A stretch of DNA of 64,000 nucleotides from Escherichia coli. Lineage in GTDB: Bacteria > Pseudomonadota > Gammaproteobacteria > Enterobacterales > Enterobacteriaceae. This document shows, piece by piece, positions 47,483 through 62,050 of this stretch. The DNA lies in assembly GCF_003334765.1 (NCBI RefSeq), contig NZ_QOWT01000007.1; one strand, written 5' to 3'. A model generated the notes under the pieces. It saw nothing but the letters and a program-made list of their open reading frames with translations, did no database searches and was not told where the DNA came from. Position 1 is the first letter of the stretch. The number at the start of each line of letters is the position of its first letter. The translations under genes and the position numbers were made by a program.

Positions 47483-48874
47483 TTACTGTTTTTCTGGTGG
47501 GAAAATCAGATTCAGCACGATGGCAGTAATACCGCCCGCGGCGATCCCGGAGGAGAGCAGGTTTTTCAGCCATTCAGGGGCAAACTGCAAAATCAGCGGC
47601 TGCTGAGACACGCCCAGACCAACCGCCAGCGACAGCGCGATAATCAGAATCGCCCGACGGTTCAGCGGCTCACGAGAAACGATACGCACACCGGAGGCGG
47701 CGATGGTGCCAAACATTACAAGCGTTGCGCCGCCCAGAACCGGTTCTGGAATGTGTTGTACAAAACCGCTCACTGCCGGGAACAGACCCAGCACGATCAA
47801 CATCAGCGCGACGACAAAACCGACATAGCGGCTGGCAACACCAGTCAACTGGATCACTCCGTTGTTTTGCCCGAAGCAGGAGTTCGGGAAGGTGTTAAAC
47901 ACCGCCGAAACAAACGAGTTCAGGCCGTTTGCCAGCACGCCACCTTTCAGGCGTTTCATGTACAGCGGACCGGACACTGGCTGTTCGGAAACGTCAGAGG
48001 TCGCCGTGATATCGCCAATGGTTTCCAGCGAAGTGATCATAAAGACCAGCATCAGCGGCAGCAGCAGACTCCATTCAATGCCAAGACCGTAATAGAGCGG
48101 CGTTGGCACCATAATCAGTTCTTGCGTCATCGGTTCGTTGCTTTCTGGCAACATGCCCATAAACCACGCCAGCGCATATCCGGCCGCCATCGCAATCACC
48201 AGTGAGGCCACGCGTAAGTAAGGGTTACGTTGACGGTTAAGCAGGATAATTAAGGCTAAGACCACGCCTGCCAGCAGCAGATTTTTCGGTGCGCCGAAGG
48301 TGTTATCGCTCATGGCTGCGTAACCGCCGCCAATGGACGTTAACCCAACCTGAATTAGCGACAGGCCGATAATCATCACCACAACGCCAGAAACCAGCGG
48401 CGTAATAATGCGGCGCGCCAGATGCAGAACGCGGGAGATCACCATCTCGGTGCAACTTGCCAGCATCAACGTGCCGAACAAAGCCGCCATCATGGTAGGA
48501 ACATCAGCACCACCGGTTTTCAGCGCGGTACCGCCCATAATCAGCGGGGCAACAAAGTTGAAGCTGGTGCCCTGAATAGACAACAGCCCGGAGCCAACCG
48601 GACCCCAGGCCTTAATTTGAATAATCGATGCCACACCGGAGGCAAACAGCGACATACTAATAATGTGTTGCGTGTCTTGTGCCGGTAAACCCAGCGCCTG
48701 GCAGATTAATAGCGCTGGCGTGATCACCGCAACGAACATCGCCAGCAGATGCTGACAGGCGGCAAACAGGGTTTGAGGAAGCGGCGGACGATCTTCAAGA
48801 CGGTAAATCAGTTCGCTGTTTTGAGTCTGCGCAACCGGTTGCGCATTTTCTGACTCGAGGGTGGAAACAGACAT
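47483..48874 (-). CDS. xanP: Xanthine permease XanP (NCS2 family)
   Basis: 463 aa from [13 protein letters not shown]. Confidence 0.9.
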
Positions 48875-49153
48875 CGAAAACAATCCCGTGGTAGCAAAGC
48901 GGGCATTTTAGCTGACCGAAAGAGAAAAGCAAACGTTTGCCACATCCTCATCTAAATATTTAAATGAGATAAATGCACTTTTTTATATAACTTTTGGTAT
49001 TTTTCTGCTTAAAATCCATGCCATTTGTTCATTAACAGCTGAGAATTTGACCCAGGAAAGCATAACTCGATACCCGTCATAGTTCATGAAGTTGCCACTG
49101 CGCGATGAAGTATGACGAGTATGAAAGAGTGATGCGGATACAAAGGAGTAACT

Positions 49154-50359
49154 ATGTTTCATCTCGATACTTTAGCAACGCTTGTTGCCGCAACGCTGAC
49201 GTTGCTGCTCGGGCGTAAGTTGGTCCATTCCGTCTCCTTTTTGAAGAAATACACCATACCGGAACCTGTTGCGGGTGGTTTGTTGGTGGCGCTGGCGCTA
49301 CTAGTACTGAAAAAAAGCATGGGCTGGGAAGTCAACTTTGATATGTCCCTGCGCGATCCGTTAATGCTGGCTTTCTTCGCCACCATTGGCCTGAACGCCA
49401 ACATTGCCAGTTTGCGTGCCGGTGGGCGTGTGGTTGGCATCTTCTTGATTGTGGTTGTTGGTCTGTTGGTGATGCAAAATGCCATTGGCATTGGTATGGC
49501 TAGCCTGTTAGGGCTTGATCCGCTGATGGGGCTGTTGGCCGGTTCTATTACGCTTTCCGGCGGTCACGGTACGGGCGCTGCGTGGAGTAAATTGTTCATT
49601 GAACGTTATGGCTTCACCAATGCGACGGAAGTGGCGATGGCCTGTGCAACGTTCGGTCTGGTGCTGGGCGGCTTGATTGGCGGTCCGGTGGCGCGCTATC
49701 TGGTGAAACACTCCACCACGCCGAACGGTATTCCGGATGACCAGGAAGTCCCGACGGCGTTTGAAAAGCCGGATGTGGGCCGCATGATCACCTCGTTGGT
49801 GCTGATTGAAACTATCGCGCTGATTGCTATCTGCCTGACGGTGGGGAAAATTGTTGCGCAACTTTTGGCTGGCACTGCTTTTGAACTGCCGACCTTCGTC
49901 TGTGTACTGTTTGTTGGCGTGATTCTGAGCAACGGTCTGTCAATAATGGGCTTTTACCGCGTCTTTGAGCGTGCGGTATCCGTGCTGGGTAACGTAAGCT
50001 TGTCGTTGTTCCTGGCGATGGCGTTGATGGGGCTGAAACTGTGGGAGCTGGCTTCGCTGGCGCTGCCGATGCTGGCGATTCTGGTGGTACAGACCATCTT
50101 CATGGCGTTGTATGCCATCTTCGTTACCTGGCGCATGATGGGCAAAAACTACGATGCGGCAGTGCTGGCTGCGGGTCACTGTGGTTTTGGCCTCGGTGCA
50201 ACGCCAACGGCAATCGCCAACATGCAGGCGATCACTGAACGCTTTGGCCCGTCGCACATGGCGTTTTTGGTGGTGCCGATGGTCGGTGCGTTCTTTATCG
50301 ATATCGTCAATGCGCTGGTAATTAAGTTGTATTTGATGTTGCCGATTTTTGCCGGTTAA
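49154..50359 (+). CDS. gltS: Sodium/glutamate symporter GltS
   Basis: 401-aa ORF recognised as GltS. Confidence 0.9.
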   Translation: MFHLDTLATLVAATLTLLLGRKLVHSVSFLKKYTIPEPVAGGLLVALALLVLKKSMGWEVNFDMSLRDPLMLAFFATIGLNANIASLRAGGRVVGIFLIVVVGLLVMQNAIGIGMASLLGLDPLMGLLAGSITLSGGHGTGAAWSKLFIERYGFTNATEVAMACATFGLVLGGLIGGPVARYLVKHSTTPNGIPDDQEVPTAFEKPDVGRMITSLVLIETIALIAICLTVGKIVAQLLAGTAFELPTFVCVLFVGVILSNGLSIMGFYRVFERAVSVLGNVSLSLFLAMALMGLKLWELASLALPMLAILVVQTIFMALYAIFVTWRMMGKNYDAAVLAAGHCGFGLGATPTAIANMQAITERFGPSHMAFLVVPMVGAFFIDIVNALVIKLYLMLPIFAG

Positions 50360-50401
50360 CCGATGAAGCGGCGGTAGAAGTGCCGCCGCAACAAAGACAA
50401 A

Positions 50402-50480
50402 TGCCTGATACGCTTCGCTTATCAAGCCTGCGTATTGATTCATAATTTATTGAATTTGTAGGGTGAATCGCATCCGGCAG
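50402..50480. repeat. REP/RIP (BIME-like) element
   Basis: TGCCTGATACGCTTCGCTTATCAAGCCTGCG ... TTGAATTT ... GTAGGGTGAATCGCATCCGGCAG; same family as the element at 295-392. Confidence 0.5.
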
Positions 50481-50524
50481 GAAGGTAGGGTAACCTGAAA
50501 TGGCGGTCTTCTCACTGCCGCCTT

Positions 50525-52606
50525 TTACGCATTCGAGTAACGTTCTGTCTCCGGCATCCAGCGTTCTATCAAGGCTTTTGCCTGTTGTGGGTAACGTTCG
50601 TGAATATGTCGCGCCAGGCGCTGAACTTCCGGGATCATCGCCTGATCGCGCAGTAAATCCGCCACTTTAAATTCAGCATTACCCGTCTGACGCGTGCCTA
50701 ACAATTCGCCAGGGCCGCGAATCTCCAGATCTTTTTGCGCAATCACAAAACCGTCGTTACTGTCGCGCAGCACTTGCAGGCGAATTTGCGCCGTTTTAGA
50801 AAGCGGCGTTTTGTAGAGCAGCACGCAGTGAGAAGCCACCGCGCCACGACCTACGCGCCCGCGCAGCTGGTGTAACTGCGCCAGACCCAGACGCTCAGGG
50901 TTTTCGATAATCATCAGGCTGGCGTTAGGCACATCAACACCGACTTCAATAACGGTAGTGGCAACCAGCAGATGTAGCTCACCTTGTTTAAACGACGCCA
51001 TCACCGCCTGTTTCTCGGCTGGTTTCATCCGCCCGTGTACCAGGCCAACATTCAATTCTGGTAGCGCCAGTTTCAACTCTTCCCAGGTAGCTTCCGCCGC
51101 CTGCGCTTCCAGTAACTCTGACTCTTCAATCAACGTACAAACCCAGTACGCCTGACGACCTTCAGTTATGCAGGCGTGGCGCACGCGGTCAATGATGTCG
51201 GTACGGCGGGTATCAGGAATAGCGACCGTAGTCACTGGCGTGCGGCCTGGCGGCAGCTCATCTATCACCGAGGTATCGAGATCGGCATACGCCGTCATTG
51301 CCAGCGTGCGGGGGATCGGCGTGGCGGTCATGATCAACTGATGCGGATGGAAGCCCTGCTGCTGGCCTTTCTCCCACAATGCCAGACGCTGATGCACGCC
51401 AAAACGATGCTGTTCGTCGATAATCACCAGCGCCAGGCCGTTAAACTGCACCTGTTCCTGGAAGATGGCGTGTGTACCGACAATCATCTGCACCTGACCG
51501 CTGGCGATGGCTTCCTGCTGAGACAGTCGCGCTTTGCCTTTCTGCTTACCGGCGAGCCAGCCCACTTTGATACCGAGCGGTGCAAACCAGTTGCGGAAGT
51601 TATTGGCGTGCTGCTCGGCGAGTAATTCGGTTGGTGCCATCAGTGCCACCTGTTTGCCGTGGGCAATCGCACGCAGCGCGGCGAGGGCGGCGACCAGCGT
51701 TTTACCGGAACCTACATCGCCCTGTACCAGGCGCATCATCGGCACATCCAGCGCCATATCATGCTCGATCTCCGCCACTACGCGTGCCTGTGCGCCCGTT
51801 GGCTTGAACGGTAAGGCGGCGAGGAGTTTATTTTTCAGCGTGTCATTGGCGCTCAGCGGCTGGGCATGAAAACGCTGTGCTCCGGCACGTAAGGCTAACA
51901 TGCTGAGGTTGTGCGCCAGCAGTTCTTCCAGAATCAGACGACGTTGCGCCGGATGCTGCCCGGTTTCCAGATCGCTAAGCTGTAGCGTCGGTGGCGGGCG
52001 GTGCAAAGTGCGCAACGCTTCCGGTAGCGTCATCATTCCTTGTGACAGTTCCGGCGGCAGGAGTTCTTCAATGGCGCAGGTGTCGAGCAGATCCAGCGCC
52101 TGGTCGGTTAATTTACGCAGCGTGGCCTGCTTTACGCCTTCCGTTGTTGGATAAACCGGCGTGAGCGTTTCCTGTAATTCTGGCGTGCTGAGATCGCCCT
52201 GCACGCGGTATTCCGGGTGGATCATCTCCGCACCATATTTACCGCGCTTTGCTTCGCCATAAGCCAGTACACGGCGGCCCGTCGCCAGGCTATTTTTCAT
52301 TGCCGCGCTGAAATTGAAAAAGCGCATGGTGAGGATGCCGGAACCGTCGCTGATCTGGCAGGTCATCATCCGCCGACCGCCGAAGGAGATATTGCAGTTC
52401 AGCACTTCGCCTTCCACCGTGGCATAAACGCCCGGCAGTAGTTCTCCGATGGGGTAGAGATGGGTGCGATCTTCGTAGCGCAGGGGAAGGTGTAAGAGTA
52501 AATCCTGCACGGTATGCAGGTTGATTTTCGCCAGTTTGTTACTAAGCGCTGCGCCAACGCCCGTTAGGGAACTGAGCGGGACAGTATCTAACAGGCGGCC
52601 TTTCAT
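50525..52606 (-). CDS. recG: ATP-dependent DNA helicase RecG
   Basis: 693 aa from MKGRLLDTVPLSSL; DEQH helicase motifs. Confidence 0.95.
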   Translation of the reverse strand: MKGRLLDTVPLSSLTGVGAALSNKLAKINLHTVQDLLLHLPLRYEDRTHLYPIGELLPGVYATVEGEVLNCNISFGGRRMMTCQISDGSGILTMRFFNFSAAMKNSLATGRRVLAYGEAKRGKYGAEMIHPEYRVQGDLSTPELQETLTPVYPTTEGVKQATLRKLTDQALDLLDTCAIEELLPPELSQGMMTLPEALRTLHRPPPTLQLSDLETGQHPAQRRLILEELLAHNLSMLALRAGAQRFHAQPLSANDTLKNKLLAALPFKPTGAQARVVAEIEHDMALDVPMMRLVQGDVGSGKTLVAALAALRAIAHGKQVALMAPTELLAEQHANNFRNWFAPLGIKVGWLAGKQKGKARLSQQEAIASGQVQMIVGTHAIFQEQVQFNGLALVIIDEQHRFGVHQRLALWEKGQQQGFHPHQLIMTATPIPRTLAMTAYADLDTSVIDELPPGRTPVTTVAIPDTRRTDIIDRVRHACITEGRQAYWVCTLIEESELLEAQAAEATWEELKLALPELNVGLVHGRMKPAEKQAVMASFKQGELHLLVATTVIEVGVDVPNASLMIIENPERLGLAQLHQLRGRVGRGAVASHCVLLYKTPLSKTAQIRLQVLRDSNDGFVIAQKDLEIRGPGELLGTRQTGNAEFKVADLLRDQAMIPEVQRLARHIHERYPQQAKALIERWMPETERYSNA

Positions 52607-52611
52607 GGCGC

Positions 52612-53301
52612 TTACCCTGCGGCCTGCATGGTGGACCACCAGTCAGCATCAGCTTCGATCTCGCCTTGCTGATTGACGTGGGGGTAAGGCAGGCCTTTGC
52701 GTTTTGCGACTTTCGCCAGCACCGGATAGCCGCCTTCAAACAACAGGCGTTGTTGCTCTGCTTCCGGCAACATGCTGTTTTCACGCAGGTACATGCCTGC
52801 ATTTTGCCGCTGACGCTGGGCTTCGTAAAGAATGAGGGCTGAGGCAACGGAAACATTCAGCGACTGCACCATGCCGATCATCGGAATGATGATGTCCTGA
52901 TCCGCCAGGGCCAATGCTTCCTGCGTGATGCCCGTTTTCTCCTGTCCCATCAAAATGCAGGTCGGGCGAGTGTAATCAATTTCGCGGAAATCGACAGCAT
53001 TATCAGAAAGATGGGTTGCCAGAATCTGCATGCCCTGGCCTTTCAGATGAGCGACGGCATCGCCAATGGTGCGGTGTGTTTTCACCTGTACCCAGCTGTT
53101 ACTACCCGCCGCTGCCGAAGCCATGGTGCGCATCCGGCTACCAGGCCAGACGGCGTGAACTTCATGTACGCCAACGGCATCTGCGGTACGAATAATCGCA
53201 GAAACGTTATGAGGTTTGTGGACCTGCTCCATGCAGACGGTCAGGTCAGGCTGCCGCCTGGCGAGCATTTCGCAGATGCGTGCATAACGTGTTGGGTTCA
53301 T
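52612..53301 (-). CDS. trmH: tRNA (guanosine18-2'-O)-methyltransferase TrmH (SpoU)
   Basis: 229-aa SPOUT-class methyltransferase. Confidence 0.9.
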   Translation of the reverse strand: MNPTRYARICEMLARRQPDLTVCMEQVHKPHNVSAIIRTADAVGVHEVHAVWPGSRMRTMASAAAGSNSWVQVKTHRTIGDAVAHLKGQGMQILATHLSDNAVDFREIDYTRPTCILMGQEKTGITQEALALADQDIIIPMIGMVQSLNVSVASALILYEAQRQRQNAGMYLRENSMLPEAEQQRLLFEGGYPVLAKVAKRKGLPYPHVNQQGEIEADADWWSTMQAAG

Positions 53302-53307
53302 AAAACA

Positions 53308-55416
53308 TTAATTTCGGTTTCGGGTGACTTTAATCACGTCTGGCATCACGCGGATTTTGCGCATGATATTCGCCAGATGCACACGGTCACGAGCGGTCAG
53401 ACGAATAAAGGCGCTGTAGACGCGACCATCTTTCTCTTCCGTATTCAAACTTTGAATATTCGAGGTCGTGGTGTTAATTGCCGCCGTCAGGTTTGCCAGC
53501 GCACCCTGATGATTGAACATCTCCACCTTGATTTCGGTGATGAATTCCTGCGCCGTCTCTTTATCCCATTCCACAGCCATAAACTTCTCTGGCTCTTTCT
53601 GGTAGCCACGGATGTTACGGCAGGATTCATGGTGGATCACCAGACCTTTACCGGGGCTGACGTGGGCGATAATCGGGTCGCCAGGAATAGGGCGGCAGCA
53701 TTTCGCAAAGGTGATCAGCACGCCATCGGCACCTTTAATTGGCAGATGTCCGTGACTTTGGGTTGCCGGTGGAATGGAGGCGTCCCCATGTTGTAGATTT
53801 TTCGCGACCACCACGCTCATTGCGTTACCAAGGCCGATTTCAGCCAGCAGATCGTCAAGCGTTGCCAGCTTCATGCGATCCAGCTCGCGCTGAATATTTT
53901 CCTGCGGGATTTCATTCAGCTTACGGCTACCACCCAAAGCATGGTTGAGCAGACGACGGCCCAGGCTTACAGAATCATCACGCTTGAGGTTTTTCAGCAA
54001 CTGACGAATTTTGGCGCGCGCTTTTGAGCTAACGACAAAGTTCAGCCACGCGGCATTCGGGCGAGCGCCCGGTGCGGTAATGATTTCAACGGTTTGACCG
54101 CTGGTAAGCGGCTGCGACAGCGGGTAAGGCTGGCGGTCAACGCGTGCGCCCACGCAGGCATGACCGATATCGGTATGCACTGCATAAGCGAAGTCGACGG
54201 GCGTTGCACCGGCAGGCAGCTCGACAATGCGCCCTTCCGGTGTGAAAACGTAAATCTCATCCGGGAAGAGATCGGATTTAACGCTCTCGATAAATTCAAA
54301 CGAACTACCGGCGCTCTGTTGCAGCTCCAGCAGGCTTTGCATCCAGCGCTGGGCGCGGATTTGTGCGGTAGTACTGGTTTCGCCGTGCTCTTTATAAGCC
54401 CAGTGCGCGGCAACACCCATCTCCGCCATCTGATCCATATCTTCGGTACGGATCTGGACCTCAACCGGCACGCCGTGCGGGCCAATCATCGAGGTGTGCA
54501 AAGACTGATAGCCGTTCGCTTTTGGAATGGCGATATAGTCTTTCACGCGGCCCGGACGCGGCTTGTACAGGCTGTGCATCTGGCCCAGCACGCGATAACA
54601 GGTGTCAGAATCATTGACGATCACGCGGAAAGCGTAGATGTCCATGATTGAGTGAAAACGCTGCTCTTTGAGCACCATTTTGCAGTAAATCGAATAAAGA
54701 TGCTTTTCGCGACCACTGACGCGGCACGGTATTCCCGCTTCCTGCAAACGCCCTTCGATTTCAGAAAGAATCTTCTGGATCATCTCTTTACGGTTGCCGC
54801 GCGCGGCTTTCACCACTTCTTTGATTACGCGATAACGGTTGGGATACAGCGCCTCAAAACCCAGCTCTTCGAGTTCGGTTTTAATGTGGTGGATACCTAA
54901 ACGGTGCGCCAGCGGGCTGTAAATTTCGAGAGTTTCACGGGCGATGCGGCGACGTTTGTCCGGGCGAAGTGAGCCCAGCGTGCGCATGTTGTGGGTACGG
55001 TCGGCAAGTTTGATGAGGATGACGCGGATATCCTGCACCATCGCCATAATCATCTTGCGAAAGTTTTCGGCCTGCGCCTCTTTCTTATCGCGGAACTTGA
55101 GTTTATCAAGTTTCGACACCCCCTCTACCAGCTCGGCGACGCTTTTACCAAAAAGCTGTTCCATATCCTGGTAGGTGGCGGGAGTATCTTCAATCACGTC
55201 ATGCAGCAGCGCCGCCATCAGCGTTTCATAGTCGAGTTTCATCTCGGCCAGAATGCAGGCAACCGCTACCGGGTGCGTGATATAGGGTTCACCGCTTGAA
55301 CGTGTTTGCCCCTCGTGAGCATCACGTGCAACGAGATACGCCTGCCGCAGACGCTTGATTTGGTCTTCCGGCAGGTAGGTTTGAATCAGTTGATTCAGGC
55401 TTTCAAACAGATACAA
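53308..55416 (-). CDS. spoT: Bifunctional (p)ppGpp synthase/hydrolase SpoT
   Basis: 702-aa ORF with HD, RelA/SpoT synthetase, TGS and ACT regions; the start codon at 55414-55416 is TTG. Confidence 0.95.
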   Translation of the reverse strand: MYLFESLNQLIQTYLPEDQIKRLRQAYLVARDAHEGQTRSSGEPYITHPVAVACILAEMKLDYETLMAALLHDVIEDTPATYQDMEQLFGKSVAELVEGVSKLDKLKFRDKKEAQAENFRKMIMAMVQDIRVILIKLADRTHNMRTLGSLRPDKRRRIARETLEIYSPLAHRLGIHHIKTELEELGFEALYPNRYRVIKEVVKAARGNRKEMIQKILSEIEGRLQEAGIPCRVSGREKHLYSIYCKMVLKEQRFHSIMDIYAFRVIVNDSDTCYRVLGQMHSLYKPRPGRVKDYIAIPKANGYQSLHTSMIGPHGVPVEVQIRTEDMDQMAEMGVAAHWAYKEHGETSTTAQIRAQRWMQSLLELQQSAGSSFEFIESVKSDLFPDEIYVFTPEGRIVELPAGATPVDFAYAVHTDIGHACVGARVDRQPYPLSQPLTSGQTVEIITAPGARPNAAWLNFVVSSKARAKIRQLLKNLKRDDSVSLGRRLLNHALGGSRKLNEIPQENIQRELDRMKLATLDDLLAEIGLGNAMSVVVAKNLQHGDASIPPATQSHGHLPIKGADGVLITFAKCCRPIPGDPIIAHVSPGKGLVIHHESCRNIRGYQKEPEKFMAVEWDKETAQEFITEIKVEMFNHQGALANLTAAINTTTSNIQSLNTEEKDGRVYSAFIRLTARDRVHLANIMRKIRVMPDVIKVTRNRN

Positions 55417-55434
55417 GGGCGACCCGCTTTGTGA

Positions 55435-55710
55435 TTAACGACGACCTTCAGCAATAGCGGTAACGGCTTGTAATTCAGCGGCTTCCTGCTCTTGCTGTTC
55501 CTGGCGTTCGCGAACGTCGAGGATCTGGTTGTTGATCAGACCTTCTTCGATTTCGCGCAGCGCGATTACAGTGGTTTTATCGTTTTCTTCCGGTACCAGC
55601 GGATCCTTTCCGCCTACCTGCATCTGACGAGCGCGACGCGCGGCGACCAGTACCAGGTCAAAACGGTTACCAATTTTCTCTACAGCGTCCTGAACAGTTA
55701 CGCGTGCCAT
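55435..55710 (-). CDS. rpoZ: RNA polymerase omega subunit
   Basis: 91 aa starting [29 protein letters not shown]. Confidence 0.95.
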
Positions 55711-55764
55711 ACTTAAAAAGCTCCACAGGTGAAGAAATGACTGGGCATGATACTGAAATCAGGT

Positions 55765-58942
<3,178 letters not shown>

Positions 58943-59233
58943 GGTTCTCTCCCTAAAAATCTGTCTGGCAGGGTAGCGATTTGTGCGTATTGTCACGATT
59001 GAGATTTTTTAAGGTGAGAGGAAATTGATAACTTGTAGTTATGTGAAATCGCTATTTTCTGTAGCGTAGATGCATTCTTCTGACTTCTTGTCTGAGAAAA
59101 TGCATAAGAAAAAATAGGTTAAAATTGAGGGGTGGAAAAGAAAGGTGCAATGTTTAGCCATTGTGTTCACCGCACCTGGACTTTGGCTTACGCATCGGGT
59201 ATCTCAATCAACAAAAAGAGTTTTTAGTTTCTG

Positions 59234-60058
59234 CTATTTCTTCTCTGTAATTTTTACACTGTTTTCCAACTGCTTGATGCTGACCTGCGGGGTCGGCAAC
59301 TCCTCAGGCATGGTTCCGCCAAGTTCCTGAATGGTTTGCATCACCTTGCTACCCACGTCAAAGTGTGTGGTATTAGCTTGCTGTTTTGAATTCACGCCAT
59401 CCCGCTTGAGTTTTTCTTCTGTTTGGGTAGCTCGAAAGAGATTAGCCGCCAGTTCTGTTGAACCCATATGATCCAGGATCTTCTGATTCTTTTTCAGCCC
59501 CTTCCGCTGATGAATAGCTTTCTGATCTAATCCACCATACAGCCCCTGGTAACCATGATTCTGAAATATGGCGAAATCAGTAGCTGTCGCTACCCCAGCT
59601 TGCTGTGCTGCCTCAACCAATTGTTTGTTATGTTCTTTCAACTCATTTCTCAGAAACAGACGCTTTTCGTCTTCACGAAGTTGCTTAAATGCTTCATCGT
59701 CAGCAAGCTCCTGCCGTCGGGTCTGGATAGCAAAATAAGTCTGCCCTGCCGCAATGACCGGTTTCGCAGGGTCGCCGTTTTGTACTACCAGGTAACAGGC
59801 ATAGCGGGAGAGTACGATGTCTTTTAATGCTCTTTTGGCATTTGAGCCAATTTTGACCATATCGAGGATCTCCTCGAAATGGTCATCAATTGTGTGACCA
59901 CTGTTCTCACAGGCTTCTTTGGCGCGCGTTAATACAGGTATAAAGTGACGATACTCTGAATAACCCAGTAGTTTCCCAAGTTGTCTTGCTGACCATTGTT
60001 CTGCTCCGTTTGCATTAATCAGTTTTATCTCTTCAAAAGGTTGATGATGTTCGTTCAT
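59234..60058 (-). CDS. dinD: DNA damage-inducible protein D
   Basis: 274 aa from MNEHHQPFEEIKL; LexA box 46 bp upstream. Confidence 0.85.
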   Translation of the reverse strand: MNEHHQPFEEIKLINANGAEQWSARQLGKLLGYSEYRHFIPVLTRAKEACENSGHTIDDHFEEILDMVKIGSNAKRALKDIVLSRYACYLVVQNGDPAKPVIAAGQTYFAIQTRRQELADDEAFKQLREDEKRLFLRNELKEHNKQLVEAAQQAGVATATDFAIFQNHGYQGLYGGLDQKAIHQRKGLKKNQKILDHMGSTELAANLFRATQTEEKLKRDGVNSKQQANTTHFDVGSKVMQTIQELGGTMPEELPTPQVSIKQLENSVKITEKK

Positions 60059-60103
60059 TGCCCACTCCATGTGATATCAATTGCAAAGAAAGTAAATCTG
60101 TAA

Positions 60104-60119
60104 CTGTATTTATATACAG
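60104..60119. promoter_or_regulatory. LexA box of dinD
   Basis: CTGTATTTATATACAG, a perfect CTGT-N8-ACAG match. Confidence 0.7.
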
Positions 60120-60206
60120 TTGTGAGTATCTCACGTTCTCAGTGTGCTGGGCAAAAAAACATCGCAAAATCTGGAGCAGGCACGAAAAACAGAATTGAAA
60201 GTTGCG

Positions 60207-60244
60207 GGGAAGAAAAATGCCGCTCTGTTTGAGTGGGCGGCATT
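60207..60244 (-). terminator. Candidate terminator downstream of yicC
   Basis: AATGCCGC ... GCGGCATT inverted repeat with a T-run on the minus strand. Confidence 0.45.
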
Positions 60245-60279
60245 TGTGAAGGCTGAAAAGTAAGAATTGGCGTTACGAG

Positions 60280-61143
60280 TTATTCAATATTCTGAATCTG
60301 CTCGCGCATCTGCTCAATCAACACTTTCAGCTCAATCGCGGAGTTTGTCACTTCGGCATTGATAGACTTCGACGCAAGAGTGTTCGACTCGCGGTTGAAC
60401 TCCTGCATCATAAAGTCCAGACGACGACCAACGGCTTCTTTTTTCTTCAGAATGTTGTAGGTCTCTTTGACATGCGCTTCGAGGCGGTCCAGTTCTTCGG
60501 CAACGTCAATTCGTTGTGCCAGCAGAACCAACTCCTGCTCCAGACGGTTGTTTTCCAACTGAACCTGAGCATCTTCCAGCTTCGCGACCAAGCGTTCACG
60601 CTGCCATTGCAGGATTTCCGGCATATGGGAGCGGACTTTGACCACTTCGGCGGTGACGCCTTCCAGACGCTGCTCGATCAATGCTTTCAGTGCCTGACCT
60701 TCGGTTTCGCGCGCGACAATAAAGTCGTCCAGCGTACCATCCAGCGCCGCGAGAATTTCAGCGGCAATGGCGTCAAGATCCTGCTCCTGGGCTGCCATCA
60801 CGCCCGGCCAGCGTAGAATATCAACCGGGTTGATTTCCCCTTCGTCACTCTGCATTTTTACCCAGTTCGCGGCAGTTACCAGCTGTTTAGCCAGTTTTTC
60901 GTTGAGGATCAGCTCACCTTGCGCGCTAACATCTGGCTCATAGCGCAGGGTACATTCCACTTTACCGCGCGTCAGGCGAGAACGAATACGCTCGCGAACG
61001 ACAGGTTCAAGGCTACGGAACTGCTCCGGCAGACGAAAGTAAGTTTCCAGATAACGCTGGTTTACCGAGCGCATTTCCCAGGTTGCGCTCCCCCATTCAC
61101 CCTTGATTTCACGCCGGGCGTAGGCGGTCATACTGCGGATCAT
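60280..61143 (-). CDS. yicC: YicC-family stress-induced protein (UPF0701)
   Basis: 287-aa ORF starting MIRSMTAYARREIKGEWGSATWEMRSVNQRYLE. Confidence 0.9.
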   Translation of the reverse strand: MIRSMTAYARREIKGEWGSATWEMRSVNQRYLETYFRLPEQFRSLEPVVRERIRSRLTRGKVECTLRYEPDVSAQGELILNEKLAKQLVTAANWVKMQSDEGEINPVDILRWPGVMAAQEQDLDAIAAEILAALDGTLDDFIVARETEGQALKALIEQRLEGVTAEVVKVRSHMPEILQWQRERLVAKLEDAQVQLENNRLEQELVLLAQRIDVAEELDRLEAHVKETYNILKKKEAVGRRLDFMMQEFNRESNTLASKSINAEVTNSAIELKVLIEQMREQIQNIE

Positions 61144-61269
61144 AGACGTTCCTGTTTATAAAAGGAGAGGTGGAAGGATTATAGCCATCGATGCCTTGTC
61201 AGGATAGGAATAACCGCCGGAAGTCCGTATAATGCGCAGCCACATTTGTTTCAAGCCGGAGATTTCAAT

Positions 61270-61986
61270 ATGCGTCCAGCAGGCCGTAGCAATAATCAGG
61301 TGCGTCCCGTTACCCTGACTCGTAACTATACAAAACATGCAGAAGGCTCGGTGCTGGTCGAATTTGGCGATACCAAAGTGTTGTGTACCGCCTCTATTGA
61401 AGAAGGCGTGCCGCGCTTCCTGAAAGGTCAGGGCCAGGGCTGGATCACCGCAGAGTACGGCATGCTGCCACGTTCTACCCACACCCGTAACGCTCGTGAA
61501 GCGGCGAAAGGTAAGCAGGGTGGACGCACAATGGAAATCCAGCGTCTGATCGCCCGTGCGCTTCGCGCGGCAGTAGATTTGAAAGCGCTGGGTGAGTTCA
61601 CCATTACGCTGGACTGCGACGTGCTTCAGGCTGATGGTGGCACGCGTACCGCTTCGATTACGGGTGCCTGTGTGGCGCTGGCAGATGCGCTACAGAAGCT
61701 GGTGGAAAACGGCAAGCTGAAAACCAACCCGATGAAAGGGATGGTAGCCGCGGTTTCTGTCGGGATTGTGAACGGCGAAGCGGTTTGCGATCTGGAATAC
61801 GTTGAAGACTCTGCCGCAGAGACCGACATGAACGTAGTGATGACCGAAGACGGGCGCATCATTGAAGTGCAGGGGACGGCAGAAGGCGAGCCGTTCACCC
61901 ATGAAGAGCTACTCACCTTGTTGGCGCTGGCCCGAGGGGGAATCGAATCCATTGTAGCGACGCAGAAGGCGGCGCTGGCAAACTGA
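61270..61986 (+). CDS. rph: Ribonuclease PH, full-length (238 aa)
   Basis: 238 aa from [14 protein letters not shown] to ...[18 protein letters not shown]; no frameshift near the 3' end. Confidence 0.9.
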   Translation: MRPAGRSNNQVRPVTLTRNYTKHAEGSVLVEFGDTKVLCTASIEEGVPRFLKGQGQGWITAEYGMLPRSTHTRNAREAAKGKQGGRTMEIQRLIARALRAAVDLKALGEFTITLDCDVLQADGGTRTASITGACVALADALQKLVENGKLKTNPMKGMVAAVSVGIVNGEAVCDLEYVEDSAAETDMNVVMTEDGRIIEVQGTAEGEPFTHEELLTLLALARGGIESIVATQKAALAN

Positions 61987-61993
61987 TTTTTAA

Positions 61994-62019
61994 GGCGACT
62001 GATGAGTCGCTTTTTTTTG
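61994..62019 (+). terminator. pyrE attenuator hairpin
   Basis: GGCGACTGATGAGTCGC followed by TTTTTTTT, between rph and pyrE. Confidence 0.6.
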
Positions 62020-62050
62020 TCTGTAGAAAAGTAAGATGAGGAGCGAAGGC

